A stretch of 63,641 nucleotides of DNA, the filler included, from Basidiobolus ranarum (lineage: Eukaryota): the NCBI GenBank assembly GCA_040143965.1. It is 15 parts of 15 records of this genome, joined end to end, with 100 filler letters (N's around TTAATTAATTAA, not from the genome) between each part and the next. Parts side by side here need not be neighbours in the genome. Positions count along the whole stretch, not along the records: positions 46,786 to 50,928 come from JASJQH010008975.1; positions 51,029 to 55,170 come from JASJQH010008976.1; positions 55,271 to 59,406 come from JASJQH010008977.1; positions 59,507 to 63,641 come from JASJQH010008978.1; 11 more parts are not named here. One strand, written 5' to 3'. Of this stretch, positions 48,915-62,429 are shown piece by piece. Both the position numbers and the translations under genes were made by a program. Position 1 is the stretch's first letter. Every line of letters begins with the position of its first letter. Under the pieces are notes generated by a model, which saw only the letters and a program-made list of their open reading frames with translations, did no database searches and was not told the DNA's origin.

Positions 48915-51814
48915 TAATGCACTGCTTCCTGTTGATTGGAAAGCATCTTGACCACATTTTCTTGTTTAAAAGTATCTGCATGCTCATATAAGCAAGTGTT
49001 TAATAATTCACTGCATTGCATCATCAAGTGAGCAAGCACTCTTTGCTCACAATGATCCACTATAATTTCTCATGCATCTTGGCAGAGTCTTCATCTTTGA
49101 CTAATAAAAGTTATTGTGATCCTAGTCTTAGACATGTTTCTCAAAATTCCAAATCATTTTTTTCTTAGAATGTTATCTTGGGTTTTTTGTTTCAGTTTCA
49201 GAATTAGTACTTTTTGCTTGGAAGCTTTTCTTCTTCTTTAAGTATATATGCATAAGCTTATTCCATTGTCAGTGGTGGCAAAAGTCAACAATTTGCCTAG
49301 TGACAATGAATAATGTGATATTCTTTGCATCTGAACAGAAGATAGGCAGATATCCTACTTAGACTCTATCATAGCTTCTTAGATTATCAAAGTCTGCAAT
49401 TCTGATTGTATATAAATCATTTGTGCTCTCCTTCAAATGTATTCCTTCATATATCATAAATTAAGTATATAGTCTCCAAGTAGTAGATTCTTTTATATTG
49501 AAGTTCTAGAGTTGCTTAGAAAGTGCACAGTTAGAAAAGAATACAATGATTATAAATTTAAAGGCTCTCTTTATAATTGTGCACTTTGTTTACCTAAAGG
49601 CATATTGTCATGGTGCTTGGATTCATCCCATTGCAAGAGACAAGTGCATTTTCCATTAAAGGTTTCAGACTTTGCATATACAAAGGATGTTATTGGCTGA
49701 AATAACTAAGTTTAGTATTAGACTTTTCTCTACCAGAATTGGTGAGCAATATCCATTTCACTATGGCGTGAAAAGATTCCAAACTCAGTTGATTAGAATT
49801 TTACAAGACAAGTCTCTGGCAAATATCTTTTTTAGATTAAAATTCAATTTCATATAGCCTATCATTGACTTTTGAGATCAAAAGCCACTCATGTAGGCTT
49901 CTACTTATATGCAAATTTTGCTGGAATTTTCTTTGTAGGTACTAGTAAGAGTTCAATAAAATTTCCCTCTAATAAACACCAACATTTGGAATTACTTGCT
50001 GGTTTTCCAATATAATGCTGTAACTTCACTCCTAATGAAGGATCTTTGCCTGATGTAAGGTCTATACTTGGTTTCAGTTGTTCTTTATAATAAGCTGTTT
50101 TAGATATTGGAAATATCACCTGTACTTTATCTACATTGTATTTATATGCACCTGCATATCTCCTTGTGCTTTGAGAGTGTTGGCCTCTTCTATCAATTCT
50201 AAGAGCTTGCATTGGAAATCAATAGAAGATGAGATGGTACTGTTGGTTAAAGCATTGGTGCTGCTATAAGTAATTCTGATTAAAACTGAAATAGCAAAAT
50301 CAGTGACATATGTGTTCCAATAAACTCTGGAAGCTCTGTGTAACTGTGACTTTCAGACACATGGCTACTATCAATGAACTCATAGTTTTTTGCCTCTTTT
50401 GGGTTCCACAAGAGCAATGTAAGCAAATCCATCAATACTTGGTTAATAACTAATTGTCAAGTCAATTTTTGTTATTGCCATAATTAAATGCAACATTGAA
50501 GAAAGTGACAGAGACACTTCTTACATATCATTTATGCATATAGTAGTGATTCATAACTCCCACAAATGTCCAATCTGTAGTGTGACATTACTACAAGAAA
50601 TTTTAACACCATCAATTAACCTGTCAATGCATAGTCAACCTATAAGCTCTCAGATGTACAGTTTCTCCCAACTTGTGCTAGTATTGTGTCCAAGAGAAAA
50701 GTGGATAAAAAGTCTTAAACTTTACTGAACCAAGGAAACAGTTAAGTGCAGATCTTAGAACTGTTTAAGCAGGATATATAGGCAGAGCAGATCTAACTAA
50801 TATATGTCTTGGGAATAGCAGTGGGTTGCTATGTTATGGTAGAGAGTAGGTTTGCTAGGCAGCTAGGCTTGGTGTTCTGTAGTTTTAGCTTAAGCTAGTT
50901 TTAGGTAGAGCCACTCTATAACTACCAANNNNNNNNNNNNNNNNNNNNNNNNNNNNNNNNNNNNNNNNNNNNTTAATTAATTAANNNNNNNNNNNNNNNN
51001 NNNNNNNNNNNNNNNNNNNNNNNNNNNNCAATGTCAAGAAGGCAACTCTGACCAACCCTACCCCTTCTTCCACCTACACATACTCTGTCTTCTCTAGATG
51101 AATGTTAGGACGAAGTGTGTGCAAATCTAGCTTCCAACCTCTAATTGGAGCTAGTGAAGGTGAGTGGGAATTAGGTTTGCGAAAATCGGATTTATTCCAA
51201 TTACTCTATTGATTTGCCACTAGTTGTAAAATTCATGAATACTAAGCCATATTAGAAGCTAATACATACTAATGTACTAGTATCGGGAGAATCAAATATT
51301 ACAACTACAACTTCAAATATGTTCTTATTTGATATTCACTGTCTCTAATACATTATGTATGAGAGAAACGTAATTGGAGTTACATAGGATGGAAAACAAT
51401 GCTATTAACAAACGAGTGTTGATATTACAGTATTATGAAACAATCCATGTCCTCACGTGGATAACTCCGAGATTCTAACGATTTTCTTCCCAAGTAATTA
51501 TTTTCCATGTAGATTTCTTACTATGGTAAATCGTAAGCATAAGGATCAACATCTTCGAAACGTTTTCGTATTATTCCAAGGATAGGGTATTAAATCTCCG
51601 TCAAATCTACGAGATAAACAAACGACGGAAATGCGTTGAAATAGCAACTATAAAGCTGAGATCTAGTTCCAACTCTAATGTGGTTCAGTTTGTTCTTAAA
51701 AAAGCAAAACTTACCTATCGCGTAAACTTAACTCTTCTTAACCTTCTCTCTTTATTTCTCCTCTTACATAATCCCACTTCCTGTCATATACCTGATAGGA
51801 ATCTCCAGTGATAA

Positions 51815-53135
51815 ATGAAGGCTTCTGTTGTATTAATGTGGTTTTTTACCACAGTAAGTATTGATGCTGCTGTTGAACGGTAATGCTCTTTAAACTTATT
51901 TTATTCATTATGGAGTTAATATTGACATTTGCCTCTAAACTAGTATATATCTAACCAAAGCTCAACACAAACAGGCAAATATTTTTACTCACTATTGCCA
52001 TCAACTCAAGCAAACTGCCGTAAAATACAACATGAGAAATGCCAGTAAAATGCACATGTCCCATCAAACAGCCATCCCCTTGGAGAATGATATGAATTTA
52101 GATTATTATGGAGATATTTCCATTGGGACACCAAAACAGTTATTTCGAGTAGTTTTTGATACCGGGAGTTCAGATTTATGGGTTCCTTCAACCCGTTGTC
52201 GTTCAAAAGCTTGCTATAATCACCGAAGGTTTAATTCTACTCAATCGAGAAGCCATTCACCAGTGGGTGAGAAATTCCATATCAGCTACGGTACCGGTGC
52301 AGTAGATGGTATTGTCAGTAAAGACACACTTAAACTAGGTGGTATAGAAGTGGTTAATCAAGCCTTTGGCGAGACTAATTTCGAATTGGACTTTTTCGAA
52401 AAGGTCGAGTTTGATGGAATCTTTGGTCTGGGTTTCGATCAAATCACTTCCATAGATCATGCTACTCCACTAACGAATATGATGAAGCAAGGACAACTAG
52501 ACCAACCTATATTCTCTGTTTGGCTGAATAATAAGTATACCGAAGCTTCCGGTGGAGAGTTGCTATTCGGTGCTACCGACAAGAATCGCTATACTGGTAC
52601 AATAGACTATTTTCCTGTCGTAAGGGAAGGCTATTGGGAAATAGAGATAGATGGTACTCAAATCAATGACTTATTGGTACCAACTGTCGCTCGTACCGCT
52701 GCAATCGATACTGGAACTTCACTAATAGTTATGCCTAAAGAAGATGCCGACTCTATAAACGAGATGATCGGAGGAAAGCCCTTTCAAGATGGCCTATATT
52801 CTATACCTTGCAATGGCACAGGACCTACAGTGAATCTCATATTTGGTGGACTGCTTTTCCCCATTCGTAGTGAGGAATATACAGTAGATATAGGTGATGG
52901 TGCATGTGTTACTGGGTTTGCTGGAAACGACATGGGTTTTGATGTAGGTTGCTTTTAAGTAATTAGAGATACCAAATACCGGTTTACTCACTATTGATTG
53001 CATTCAATTTTTTAGGATATGTGGATTGTTGGTGATGTTTTCTTGAGGGTTTGGTACAGCGTATTCAATTTTGAAAGAAAGCAAGTAGGCTTTGGTAAGG
53101 CTGTACAATCCAGTGCTTTCAAGAATTCCATCTAA
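51815..53135 (+). CDS. Secreted pepsin-family (A1) aspartic protease, 3 exons, 394 aa
   Basis: Exons 51815-51879, 51944-52943 and 53016-53135. Signal peptide, FDTGSSDLWV, IDTGTS, WIVGDVFLR. Confidence 0.95.
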
Positions 53136-53638
53136 TTCATATTGCTGGCGTTGGCAAACGCATATATAAGAAAGTCGGAATTGATTCCAAAGTATGCCCT
53201 AATCGTAACCATAGTACTTATCGGTTTCAGATTCAGTTGTATATATATGTAGATAAGCTTGCTGTAGAGTCAACCCCAAGATATAACCCTAAATGTAATA
53301 ATTAAAATGGTAGTAAAATAAAATCAACGTGTACAACACGCTTTTATTTTGCTTCTTTTAACCATTTGAGACTAGTAACGGCGCCTAAAAATTTATAACT
53401 AAAGCTAGTATTCGTATTTGTGTATACACATTCGATATTTGGCGGCAATCCTGTCTTGAGTAGATAAACAGTATATTTATGAAATAAGACGAATAGAATC
53501 ACATTCATGTACTTGTATATACGAAGTAGGATTGTAGCTCAGTATATATATTTATAACATATGTGTTCAGTTTGATAATAATAGATAATGGATGGTAGAA
53601 TAAGAAAATGGCACATAACCAGCACATTGACACATATT

Positions 53639-55170
53639 CTAATCAAAATCTCCAGTGAGATCCGCAAATTCCATTTCATCTTCAATATATATACGATGTT
53701 CTTGACAGCCGTAGCTTGAGGGGATAACTTCAATAAGTGTATCTCTGGGTATGTGGATATGCGGGATATACGTAGTAGGACGGCCAAAGTAATATGCGTA
53801 GAGTGTCCGTAATACCGTCTCATCGGCCAAGATCAGAACATCGTTTTTTTCACGTTCAAGCTGCAAGATGACTCCTTCCAATCGAATGGCCAACTCGTGA
53901 TAAGACTTTCAATTGGTGATAGGAATTTACGAGAGTTAGCAGCCTAATCTGTTGAGAGGTAAATAAATCTTTCTGTACTAACCTCCCCACGAGGATAGCG
54001 ATGGTTATAAGGATCTTGATGATGTTTTTCGTATTCTTCAGGGAATTTGGCTTTAATTTGTTCCTCTGTCATCTCATCGATCTCGCCAGGATTCAGTTCT
54101 AACAAATCGGACATCTGCCGAACCTCTACTCCCTCGGGAAAAGATTGTGCTGTTTCCAGTGTACGACGACGGTTGCTAGTCCAAACCTAATTGAAGTACG
54201 TCTTTCAGTTATACAAAGATTGATTACCTTGTAATCTTCAAAATTATACTAACTGTTAATGGGCGAATTTCCTCTCCACTTAGAGTCTTTCTGCGCCTGT
54301 GAGTTAATACTACATTCTTCAGACTTTCAGCATAACGTAGTCCACGGTTGCTTAGGGGGGGATCAGCTTTGTACGATTCAATGGTGGTTTCGCCACTCTA
54401 GTTGTTACTCAAGTTCAGACATAAAACATTAGAGATTCTAGGTACAATATAAGACTTACCATAGCAAAATAGATCGTCCTTTGATTAATGTGAAGATTCA
54501 TCAAATAAAATACAATTCGCGTCTACGAGAAAGTTGAAGTAAGCATCAAGGTGATCATATAAGAGCAAGTAGGAATATTACCGGAAGGTAACCTCGTATA
54601 TTGTTTAATATAAACTGATCACCAGCATTGATAAGCTTAACAAAGCTGAGTGATCGATTGGTGATGGTCTCGTAGTAGGGAACTTGACTGTTGATACGGC
54701 GCTATGGTTACATGCCATCATTAAGATCCGAATAGGTACGTAGAATAAGATCTAGAGCGGACAGTATTATGTACATACCACAAAGTCTTTTACAGCATTA
54801 TTGGGATCCCAGTTGGTATACTATGCGAATTCAGTTTAGAACAAGCTCGACAAACAATTGGTCTCATGTGGCTAGTTCATATAATAAGCAACACTTACAT
54901 CAGGAGAAGAGATCTTTACGTTACGGACATTAGCTTCGATAATCTTGGGATCGTCACAGATAGACTCTGCCACAAATAATAATGTTAGCTTTTTCGAAGC
55001 CAAGTGAAGTAGCATTAATAGACTAACCGATGAAAATTGTCTAAGTGAAACAAGAGATTAGTATGGATGATTTTGACTTTAGTTTCAAATAATAGTAACC
55101 TACTTGAACATCATATTTTTCTAATGTTTCTAAAACTACACGGCGCCGTTCTTCGGTAATGTTGGATGCA
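53639..55170 (-). CDS. 6-phosphofructo-2-kinase/fructose-2,6-bisphosphatase family protein, multi-exon, 5'-partial
   Basis: DDPKIIEANVRNVKISSPD, RIVFYLMNLHI, VWTS, YRYPRGESYHEL, RLEGVILQLER. Confidence 0.9.
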
Positions 55171-56849
55171 NNNNNNNNNNNNNNNNNNNNNNNNNNNNNN
55201 NNNNNNNNNNNNNNTTAATTAATTAANNNNNNNNNNNNNNNNNNNNNNNNNNNNNNNNNNNNNNNNNNNNAGAACTTGTGCAATTATTTTCCTGACAAGT
55301 AAATAATATCAGTGTATGGACCTTCGATCGGCCCTTCTGTAGTACCGAATGTACACAGTTGAACATATTGCGAACGTTGTGAAGTCCATTGTAAAGTGAT
55401 TTGATGACCATCTGCCTGTATTGGTCGTACAGCAGGATGCATAGATCAATACAAATGTAGATGCCATTTGTTTCCTAATGAAGTAAATTATGAAAACTCC
55501 CACTCAATGAATGATTTGACGTCATATACAATGTGGAATATTGCGGTGAATGAATAACGGATAGTACCATTGCATCAGGGCCTAGGCTACACTTTTTGCC
55601 TCAGTAACATGGGAACCATCGGTCTGTTGAAACTCTAAAGTTTTCTCTAATGATATAAAGGGTGCAATGCACTCCCAATTCGCTTGTGGATAAAAGCTGA
55701 CCTTGTGCTCCTTGGTATGTCACTATTGATGTGTTCAATAAGTGATGAAGCATGACCGAGTTTTAAGGGACGGCTTGGGTAATTACCAGGTAGATTTCGG
55801 AATTCTCAAATGGTAAACTGGTAATCGAGTTATGTATTGTGAAGGTAAATACATTCACTTTTGCTAGAAATAAGCTCGCTAGCTCTATTCTAGAGAAGTT
55901 GGGAATGTCAGTCGAGTCCCTCAAGTGCGTCGTAGGCAAGCTATAGAGCTCCACAGAGTAAAGGCTCTAATTTTACATTGGTAAATAGATGTAGAGCATG
56001 GTATATTAGATTTTGTGACAACGATTGATAAGTATTTGCACTGAACAAATCAAACCTGGTATTTGTTGACTCGGTTTACTTCGATGATATTGAATAAGGT
56101 GATACACACACTATCTTGCATTAGAGATAATATCGATCGCTACACACTATCACCCAAAATCGATACACTCTTTTGAATCCATTACCAATTGTAATATCAC
56201 AATATCCATATGGGTGCATAATTTTATAGGCACTTGTGAAACTATTTCTGAAAACACACTTACGGTAGAGTTTCTAGTCTTCATATTATGTACTTAAATA
56301 GTCAACCATGCACATGAATCAGTCTTTGGTGCATTGTTATTGAAAACGGTCTTTCATTGTAGCCATTTGCTGACTATGTGATATGGTGTAGCACTGTATT
56401 GAGAGATATTGATGCTCAAATGCGTAATTTCTCCATTAGTTCAGGTTCTAATTACTAATAACCATGTTTTTCAAACCGGGACGATATTATACTCTCCAGT
56501 GGAGAGTAGAGGTCCAAGGCATTCTTAGTAATCTCGCATTATGGAAGGTAGTGACCACATATATACAAAGCGAATTCTGTTTCTCCTAAGGTCATGCTTC
56601 GAAAGTGACTCCAGAAGGAATACGTTCCCCCAACATTTTATAATCTACTAAATGGTGGCAAAGACTGTTCAAATCCCCCATAAAATCAGTATTACATTTA
56701 AGTGGGCACACCATTCAACAGAATATCTCCAATAGTCTGACAAGCTGTGTATAATGTGATAAAATGGAGTTAGGCAGGACCTAACTACTTATATTTATAA
56801 CTAAGTACCAAATCTCACAGACTGTACTACTGATCATGAGTTAATTTGT

Positions 56850-57165
56850 TGTTGGATAATTAATCTTTATTCAACATCTTAGTTGACTTTAGTTGTGATA
56901 CATATATCGGAAACAGAAAGCAATGTATCAACAGCCCCTATATTCTAAATAGGAAAATCTCTATATATATGTAACAAGTATATCTTATTACCCCCACATA
57001 TATATTATATCTTATTACACAAACTCCTGAATATCCCAAACAATTGGTTTACTTCTCTACCATATAAGTCACCATATTCTCTTAAGAATAAAGTAACCAA
57101 AAACACTATCATAAGTTGCCTCCAATATACTAAGTCTACCCCCATTATGTCAAGATCCTCCTACA
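56850..57165 (+). mobile_element. Solo LTR, family C, TSD TTTGT
   Basis: TGTTGG...CCTACA flanked by TTTGT at 56845-56849 and 57166-57170. Confidence 0.92.
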
Positions 57166-57552
57166 TTTGTTAAAATGTACTATTCTGTATTCCTGGGCAG
57201 GCTATATTCCTGTATATGAGTTTCATAGATCTCAAATACATGAGTCTGAAATGTTACTTCCACTAAATTTTGATCCTGATCTCAAAGATCATCCTATTTT
57301 ACTGTGTTGAATACAATCTGAGAAGCTGTCAGAGAGACTCTATTGGCTAAGGCCTATTATAATGGATATATTCACAATTATCAAGAAAACAGAACAAGAC
57401 TGCAACATTTTTTATTTGAGATCAAAACATATTTTTCATTCATTTGAAGCTTTTAGAGGACAATACAGCTTTTGAAGTCACTTTCTGAGGATTAATTATG
57501 GAGAAGCAGTATCCTCCCTATGTATAGGAAGTATAAAAAGTTGTCATCATAG

Positions 57553-58311
57553 TTTTGAAATCAGCATTGCCTAAGCATCTATGTAGTCATATATGGCCTA
57601 GTATTTAATTATCTTCTATTTCACTAAGATATTACCTATTATTTTCATGAGGAATTTACGTAGAATATCAACATCAACTTAGAAGTTCTCAGATGTATAG
57701 ATTTTTCAAACTTTTGCTAGAAGCCTCAAACTCTGCACACATGCTCCTGAGACCTTCCATAACACATCCTACATGTCAGTTTGCTTACATTCTGACAAAA
57801 CTATTAATGCCAATTTTCTACTCAATAGATTAACAAGTGAAAACCCCCAATTTCTCTAATTCTCCAAACCACTTCCAACAGGCTCCTAAATACTCTCACT
57901 GGTTATGAGCCCCAAGTTTCCACTCTCTGTAATGTCTACTTCTCACATTGCTGGAACTTTTACCTCTTCTGAACAATTGGATGGAATCAATTATCAAGTT
58001 TATAAATATACAAGGAAAATGCTGCTGCAAGAAAAGGGCTTGGCAACACTGTTCTAGAAAAAATAATGCAAAACTATCTGAAACCAAAGTTTTACCCTAG
58101 GTTAAAAACAACAAGTGCCTTAAACACAATGTGTCCTAATGTTACACACAAATTGGGAATTCAGTGTTTAAGAGTTGAAGCTGCCAAGAAGATATGGAAA
58201 GCCTTGGAAGACATCTACCAAACATGTTCAGCTGCCCACCAGATGTTTCTAAGGAGGAAATTCTTAAACTTAAAGATGGAGCCAGGAGAAAACTTTAAGT
58301 CACCAATTAAC
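57553..58311 (+). mobile_element. Copia family A 5' end: 5' LTR, half-tRNA PBS (57901-57912), disrupted gag
   Basis: LTR-A is followed by GGTTATGAGCCC; gag reads AAKKIWKALEDIY...FLRRKFLNLKMEPGE. Confidence 0.88.
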
Positions 58312-59096
58312 TATTGGGAAAATATGGGCTGTTCTGAGGAACTTAAGAAAAGTGGAGTTGTGAATAGCTTTGTGAGATAATGATTGATTGTCCAGAAATG
58401 AAACATTTATCATTTTGGTGGAAATACAGAGAACTAACACTGGGGTTGTGTTCAGAACATCTGTGGGAGTAAAATTAACTATCTTTGGGGCAATTTGGAC
58501 AAGTTTGAAATTTCCAATATGGATTTGCTAATTCTCACAACATCCACATATATATAAAATATATTTTCCAATTAGCAGTTGAGTGATACTTGACTAACTA
58601 ATCTTAACCAACTTATATGTGATATATGAAATAGTTAGGTGAATAAAGATAGAGATAACAAATATGCTAAAGATAATAAATTTCAACACTCCCACTTAAC
58701 TACATATTCATATATCTTAATTGTATCTTAAATCTTAATTCTTCAAATTTTGGCTTGGGTAATGGTTTGGTAAGGATGTCAGCAATCATGTCCCCAGTTG
58801 GACAGTACTGTAATTGGATGTGCTTATTCTCAATAGCTTCCCTAACAAAGTGATGTTGAATGTCAATGTGCTTACTTCTAGCATGAAATTTGGGGTTTTT
58901 AGCTAAAGAAATACAACTTTGATTATCCTTGAAAATTATGGTGGGTGAACTTTGAAAAATGCCCAAGTCTTTAAACAGTTTCCTTAGCCACATAGCCTCC
59001 TTTGTTGTAAGTGATGCTGCCATGTACTCTGCTTCAATTGTTGAAAGTGCTATGGTAGGTTGTTTCTTGCTATTCCGAGATATGGCTGCTTCACTA
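58312..59096 (-). mobile_element. Copia family B 3' end (RNase H, PPT, 3' LTR 58312-58688) nested in family A gag
   Basis: SKKQPTIALSTIEAEYMA, DNQSCI, HARSKHIDIQHHFVRE, ADILTKPL; PPT AGTTAAGTGGGAG. Confidence 0.92.
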
Positions 59097-59406
59097 TACC
59101 CTAACAAAAATAAAATCGATTTGATCCGGATCGGATCCACCCTCCAAAATAGCAAAACCGTCAGAGAACCGTCACAATATTGTTGGCTTGCATTCTGCCA
59201 GGGATTTTGATGGTGTGACGGCGGTTTCTTGACGGTATCTTGGCGGTATTCATACATGTTAAAATATTGATCCTCAAATTTGGCATGCGTTATTCAATAT
59301 CCAGCAATTTTTGCAAAAATATAATTTTCGAATGGCAAATTACTGGGTTTACTGCTGTAGGAATTCGAATTAATATGCATGCCTTTATTGAGATATTTTA
59401 GGCTTT
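59097..59406 (-). mobile_element. Terminus of a putative DNA transposon (CpG-intact copy X)
   Basis: Begins TACCCTAACAAAAATAAAATCG on the plus strand, interrupts copia RNase H, and is homologous to 34201-34510. Confidence 0.72.
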
Positions 59407-60073
59407 NNNNNNNNNNNNNNNNNNNNNNNNNNNNNNNNNNNNNNNNNNNNTTAATTAATTAANNNNNNNNNNNNNNNNNNNNNNNNNNNNNNNNNNNNNN
59501 NNNNNNTCCAAGTCAAAGCTTTCCTTTTGGCCATTGCCTTTGGTCACAAGTAGTATATTGATCAAGTGCTAAGCTGAACAATTCCCATAAAGAAAAAGAA
59601 ATATCCAGTATTAAAATCAATCCAACTATATACGTATTACTCCATGATTAAAAGTTCATCAAACTGAAATACTAAATACCAATGTAATACTTGTACAATT
59701 ACCATCATTCGCGTAGTGTCATATCACTCAAAAAATAAACCTCCTGATTTATTAGTGTCTTACCTTATAACTACTATGTGGCAAGTATACTCGGGTACTG
59801 TTAAGTCCAGTACCGGCCCTTCCCACTTGCCCCCACACCTCACCCCTCACCCCATATGTACAAATGGAGCTAGTAACTGATCACGTTACATTCCTGGTTC
59901 TTCCAGCCTATGTGCTACATACAATGTTGCACTGCATGTGATAGGCGAGGGTATCCCTGTGCCTCCCTATACGCTCCACAATAATTTGCTTGTCCACATT
60001 AATGACTTGAATGTGACTTAGACAAAGATAATTTCATCACATGATTTGATTCTTAAATTGATTCAATTATTTC

Positions 60074-60109
60074 GGTCGAAGGTGTATCCAGGTCGAAGGT
60101 GTATCCAGG
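60074..60109. repeat. 17-bp tandem duplication
   Basis: GGTCGAAGGTGTATCCA x2. Confidence 0.85.
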
Positions 60110-60612
60110 AAGTTTAATCATATTAAAAATAAGGTAGACTTTGTAGGCTAAAGCTGACAGATACTCGAGCTTTTTGTTCGATTAGCCTTTATATCAGTTC
60201 AGGTGTTGTGTTCTATTTCTGGAAAACTCTATTTCCAGACAAAGTATAATTTAATAATAATAATAATAATAAACCTTGCACTCAATGACTATTAGAGTGC
60301 GAGTGTTCTCTCAATCAAAGTACAAGTAGTGAACATGAAACAGTTGTTGTATGCAGGGATCCAGGGAGCTCAAAGTACATGATAGTTGGATTTCCCGCTA
60401 ATGAAGTGACTGTTGCGCATCACAATTTAACTCATCAGTCATCGTTATCTCGACTACCTTGTTGCCCCCAAAGTGATAGAAAGCTAATAAGAACCTATTT
60501 CAGTACACAAGGAGTTCGACTGTTATAATAATACATTATCTCTTTCCCCACAAGTTCATTGACCAATGTCCCTGCCCCCACCTGCAGTTTAACAACGATA
60601 ATACGTCCCTGA

Positions 60613-60680
60613 TACTTAGATTTTCCCGATGATATAGAAACTATAGTTACTTAGATTTTCCCGATGATATAGAAACTATA
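60613..60680. repeat. 35-bp tandem duplication
   Basis: TACTTAGATTTTCCCGATGATATAGAAACTATA occurs twice, period 35. Confidence 0.88.
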
Positions 60681-60921
60681 ATATGCGAATTTTAACTCTC
60701 TTGATTAAAGATAGAGTATCACTCTTCGGCTACTGAACCCGACTTGGAACGTTAACCGATTAAAACGGAATATGAAAAGACAACCTTTTTATGAAAAATC
60801 AATTAAAAGCACCAATGATTTATGTGATTACAGGAAATAAATAATAAAATTAGCAGAAGGGAGGCGAACAAAGGAAGGGAGTGAACCTTTGTAGGATAGG
60901 GTAAGGCATTCAAAGTGAAAG

Positions 60922-62429
60922 CTAATCCTTATCATCACGGGTATCACCTTGCACACCGTTGTGAGCAACAGCTTCGACTACCATATTTACAATCTAGATA
61001 GATGCATGTCAATAGAGTTTCGTTTGTGCCAAATGTAACATAATGGAAATTACCAAGTATGACCAAAATACATGAATCGTCTGCAAAAGAGATAGGAACA
61101 CCAGACATTCCATTGTGTAAGGGACACGAGAGCCATCATCATTGCGGCCATAATGCCTGGTAAAGAATAAAATTGGTTATTATGGTGAAGATACAGCAAC
61201 CGAATGAATGGGCAGCACTCACCAGACACTGTAGATAGCAAAGGTAGGGAAAAAGTAGTCGCGGGTATAGATAAACACTGTCGCAAAGAGGAAGAAAAAC
61301 GCATTTGATAACTACATTTAACAGAAAATTGGGTAAGTTTAGTAATCTGACAGTTCATAAGTCTTAAACACTTAACCGACCTTCTCATGTTTGGTGTAAA
61401 AAAACAATTTGGCAATCTCCATCAATGGATCGGAAACATCATGCAACAACAGAATAACCGCTCCGACACGATAAAGCCTACAGAAGCAAAGAAGAATTAG
61501 TGACATCTTTGAAATACATATAATACAACACTAAAAGGAATCAAATGCACCAAATAATAAAGTGAATGTCACTTACCCAGCAGTGTAAGAAAAGGTTATC
61601 AATGTCATGGTAACGATATGGTGGAATACCATTTGATAGAAGTCTTTTAGACGAGGTTCCCACACGAAAGCCGCCATAGCATAAATGTAATGGGACATCT
61701 CGATTAAATGATAGATTCGTAACTTATCACTGTACAGATAGTAGTAAAGTCCATAATTAGTAAAGGTATGTGTTTCAGCCATTATTACTGCACTTACGGA
61801 AATTCTTGATTCGGGTGATTTTCAAATAAAGCTTTTCCATTCAGAGCCCAAGGTTGATCATACAGGGCATAGAAACCGTACGCAGACATAGAGGAGTAGA
61901 GAACAAATTTATAGCATGCAGTATTAAACTTTCGTTGAGCTGGTGTTATATTGTCACTTCCTGTTGATCTGATTTGAAAATATCGTTAGTTTAACGTGCA
62001 CGAAAATATCTATAAATACACTCACTTGAGAGAAAGTTTATCGCCTTTAATAGAGGAGCCTTTAGGTGCCGGTAGAGAGTATTGAGCCAACGGCTACAAA
62101 GTGGAACTTACATTAGTTAAGGCCTTTTAAGATATTTTTTGCTATATCCTTTGAATATAGTGAAGTATAGATAAACCATCATAATAGAAGGCATGATGTG
62201 CTCAGATGTTCAATACTTTGGGACTAATACTTACTTGGAAAATAAACCGTTCGGCAACAAAGTGGGCGAAGGCAATAGCAACAATCGCATACATAACCCA
62301 TGTGAAGTCTTCTTTCAAACGGTGACTAGTGAGGTGAACATTCTGAAAGGGACTTTCAGAGAACCACTCATATCTGCGAAATTCGTCAACTACGAAGTAG
62401 AAGTTGTCACTAAAGGAAAGTTTTGTCAT
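60922..62429 (-). CDS. Ceramide synthase (Lag1/Lac1, TLC domain), multi-exon
   Basis: Lag1 motif RLKDFYQMVFHHIVT...RVGAVILLLHDVSDPLMEIAK split across introns; C terminus GVQGDTRDDKD*. Confidence 0.92.

Noticed and set aside
48915-50928. CpG-depleted stretch with several 60-100 aa ORFs
   Set aside because: Probably TE-derived, but I could recognise no domain, so no call was made.
58700-59257. 185-aa ORF that looks like RNase H fused to a novel N-terminal domain
   Set aside because: The N-terminal part is chance read-through from the inserted element X.
60074-60680. Short direct repeats that might suggest a CRISPR array
   Set aside because: They are simple two-copy tandem duplications without spacers, in a eukaryotic context with no cas genes.
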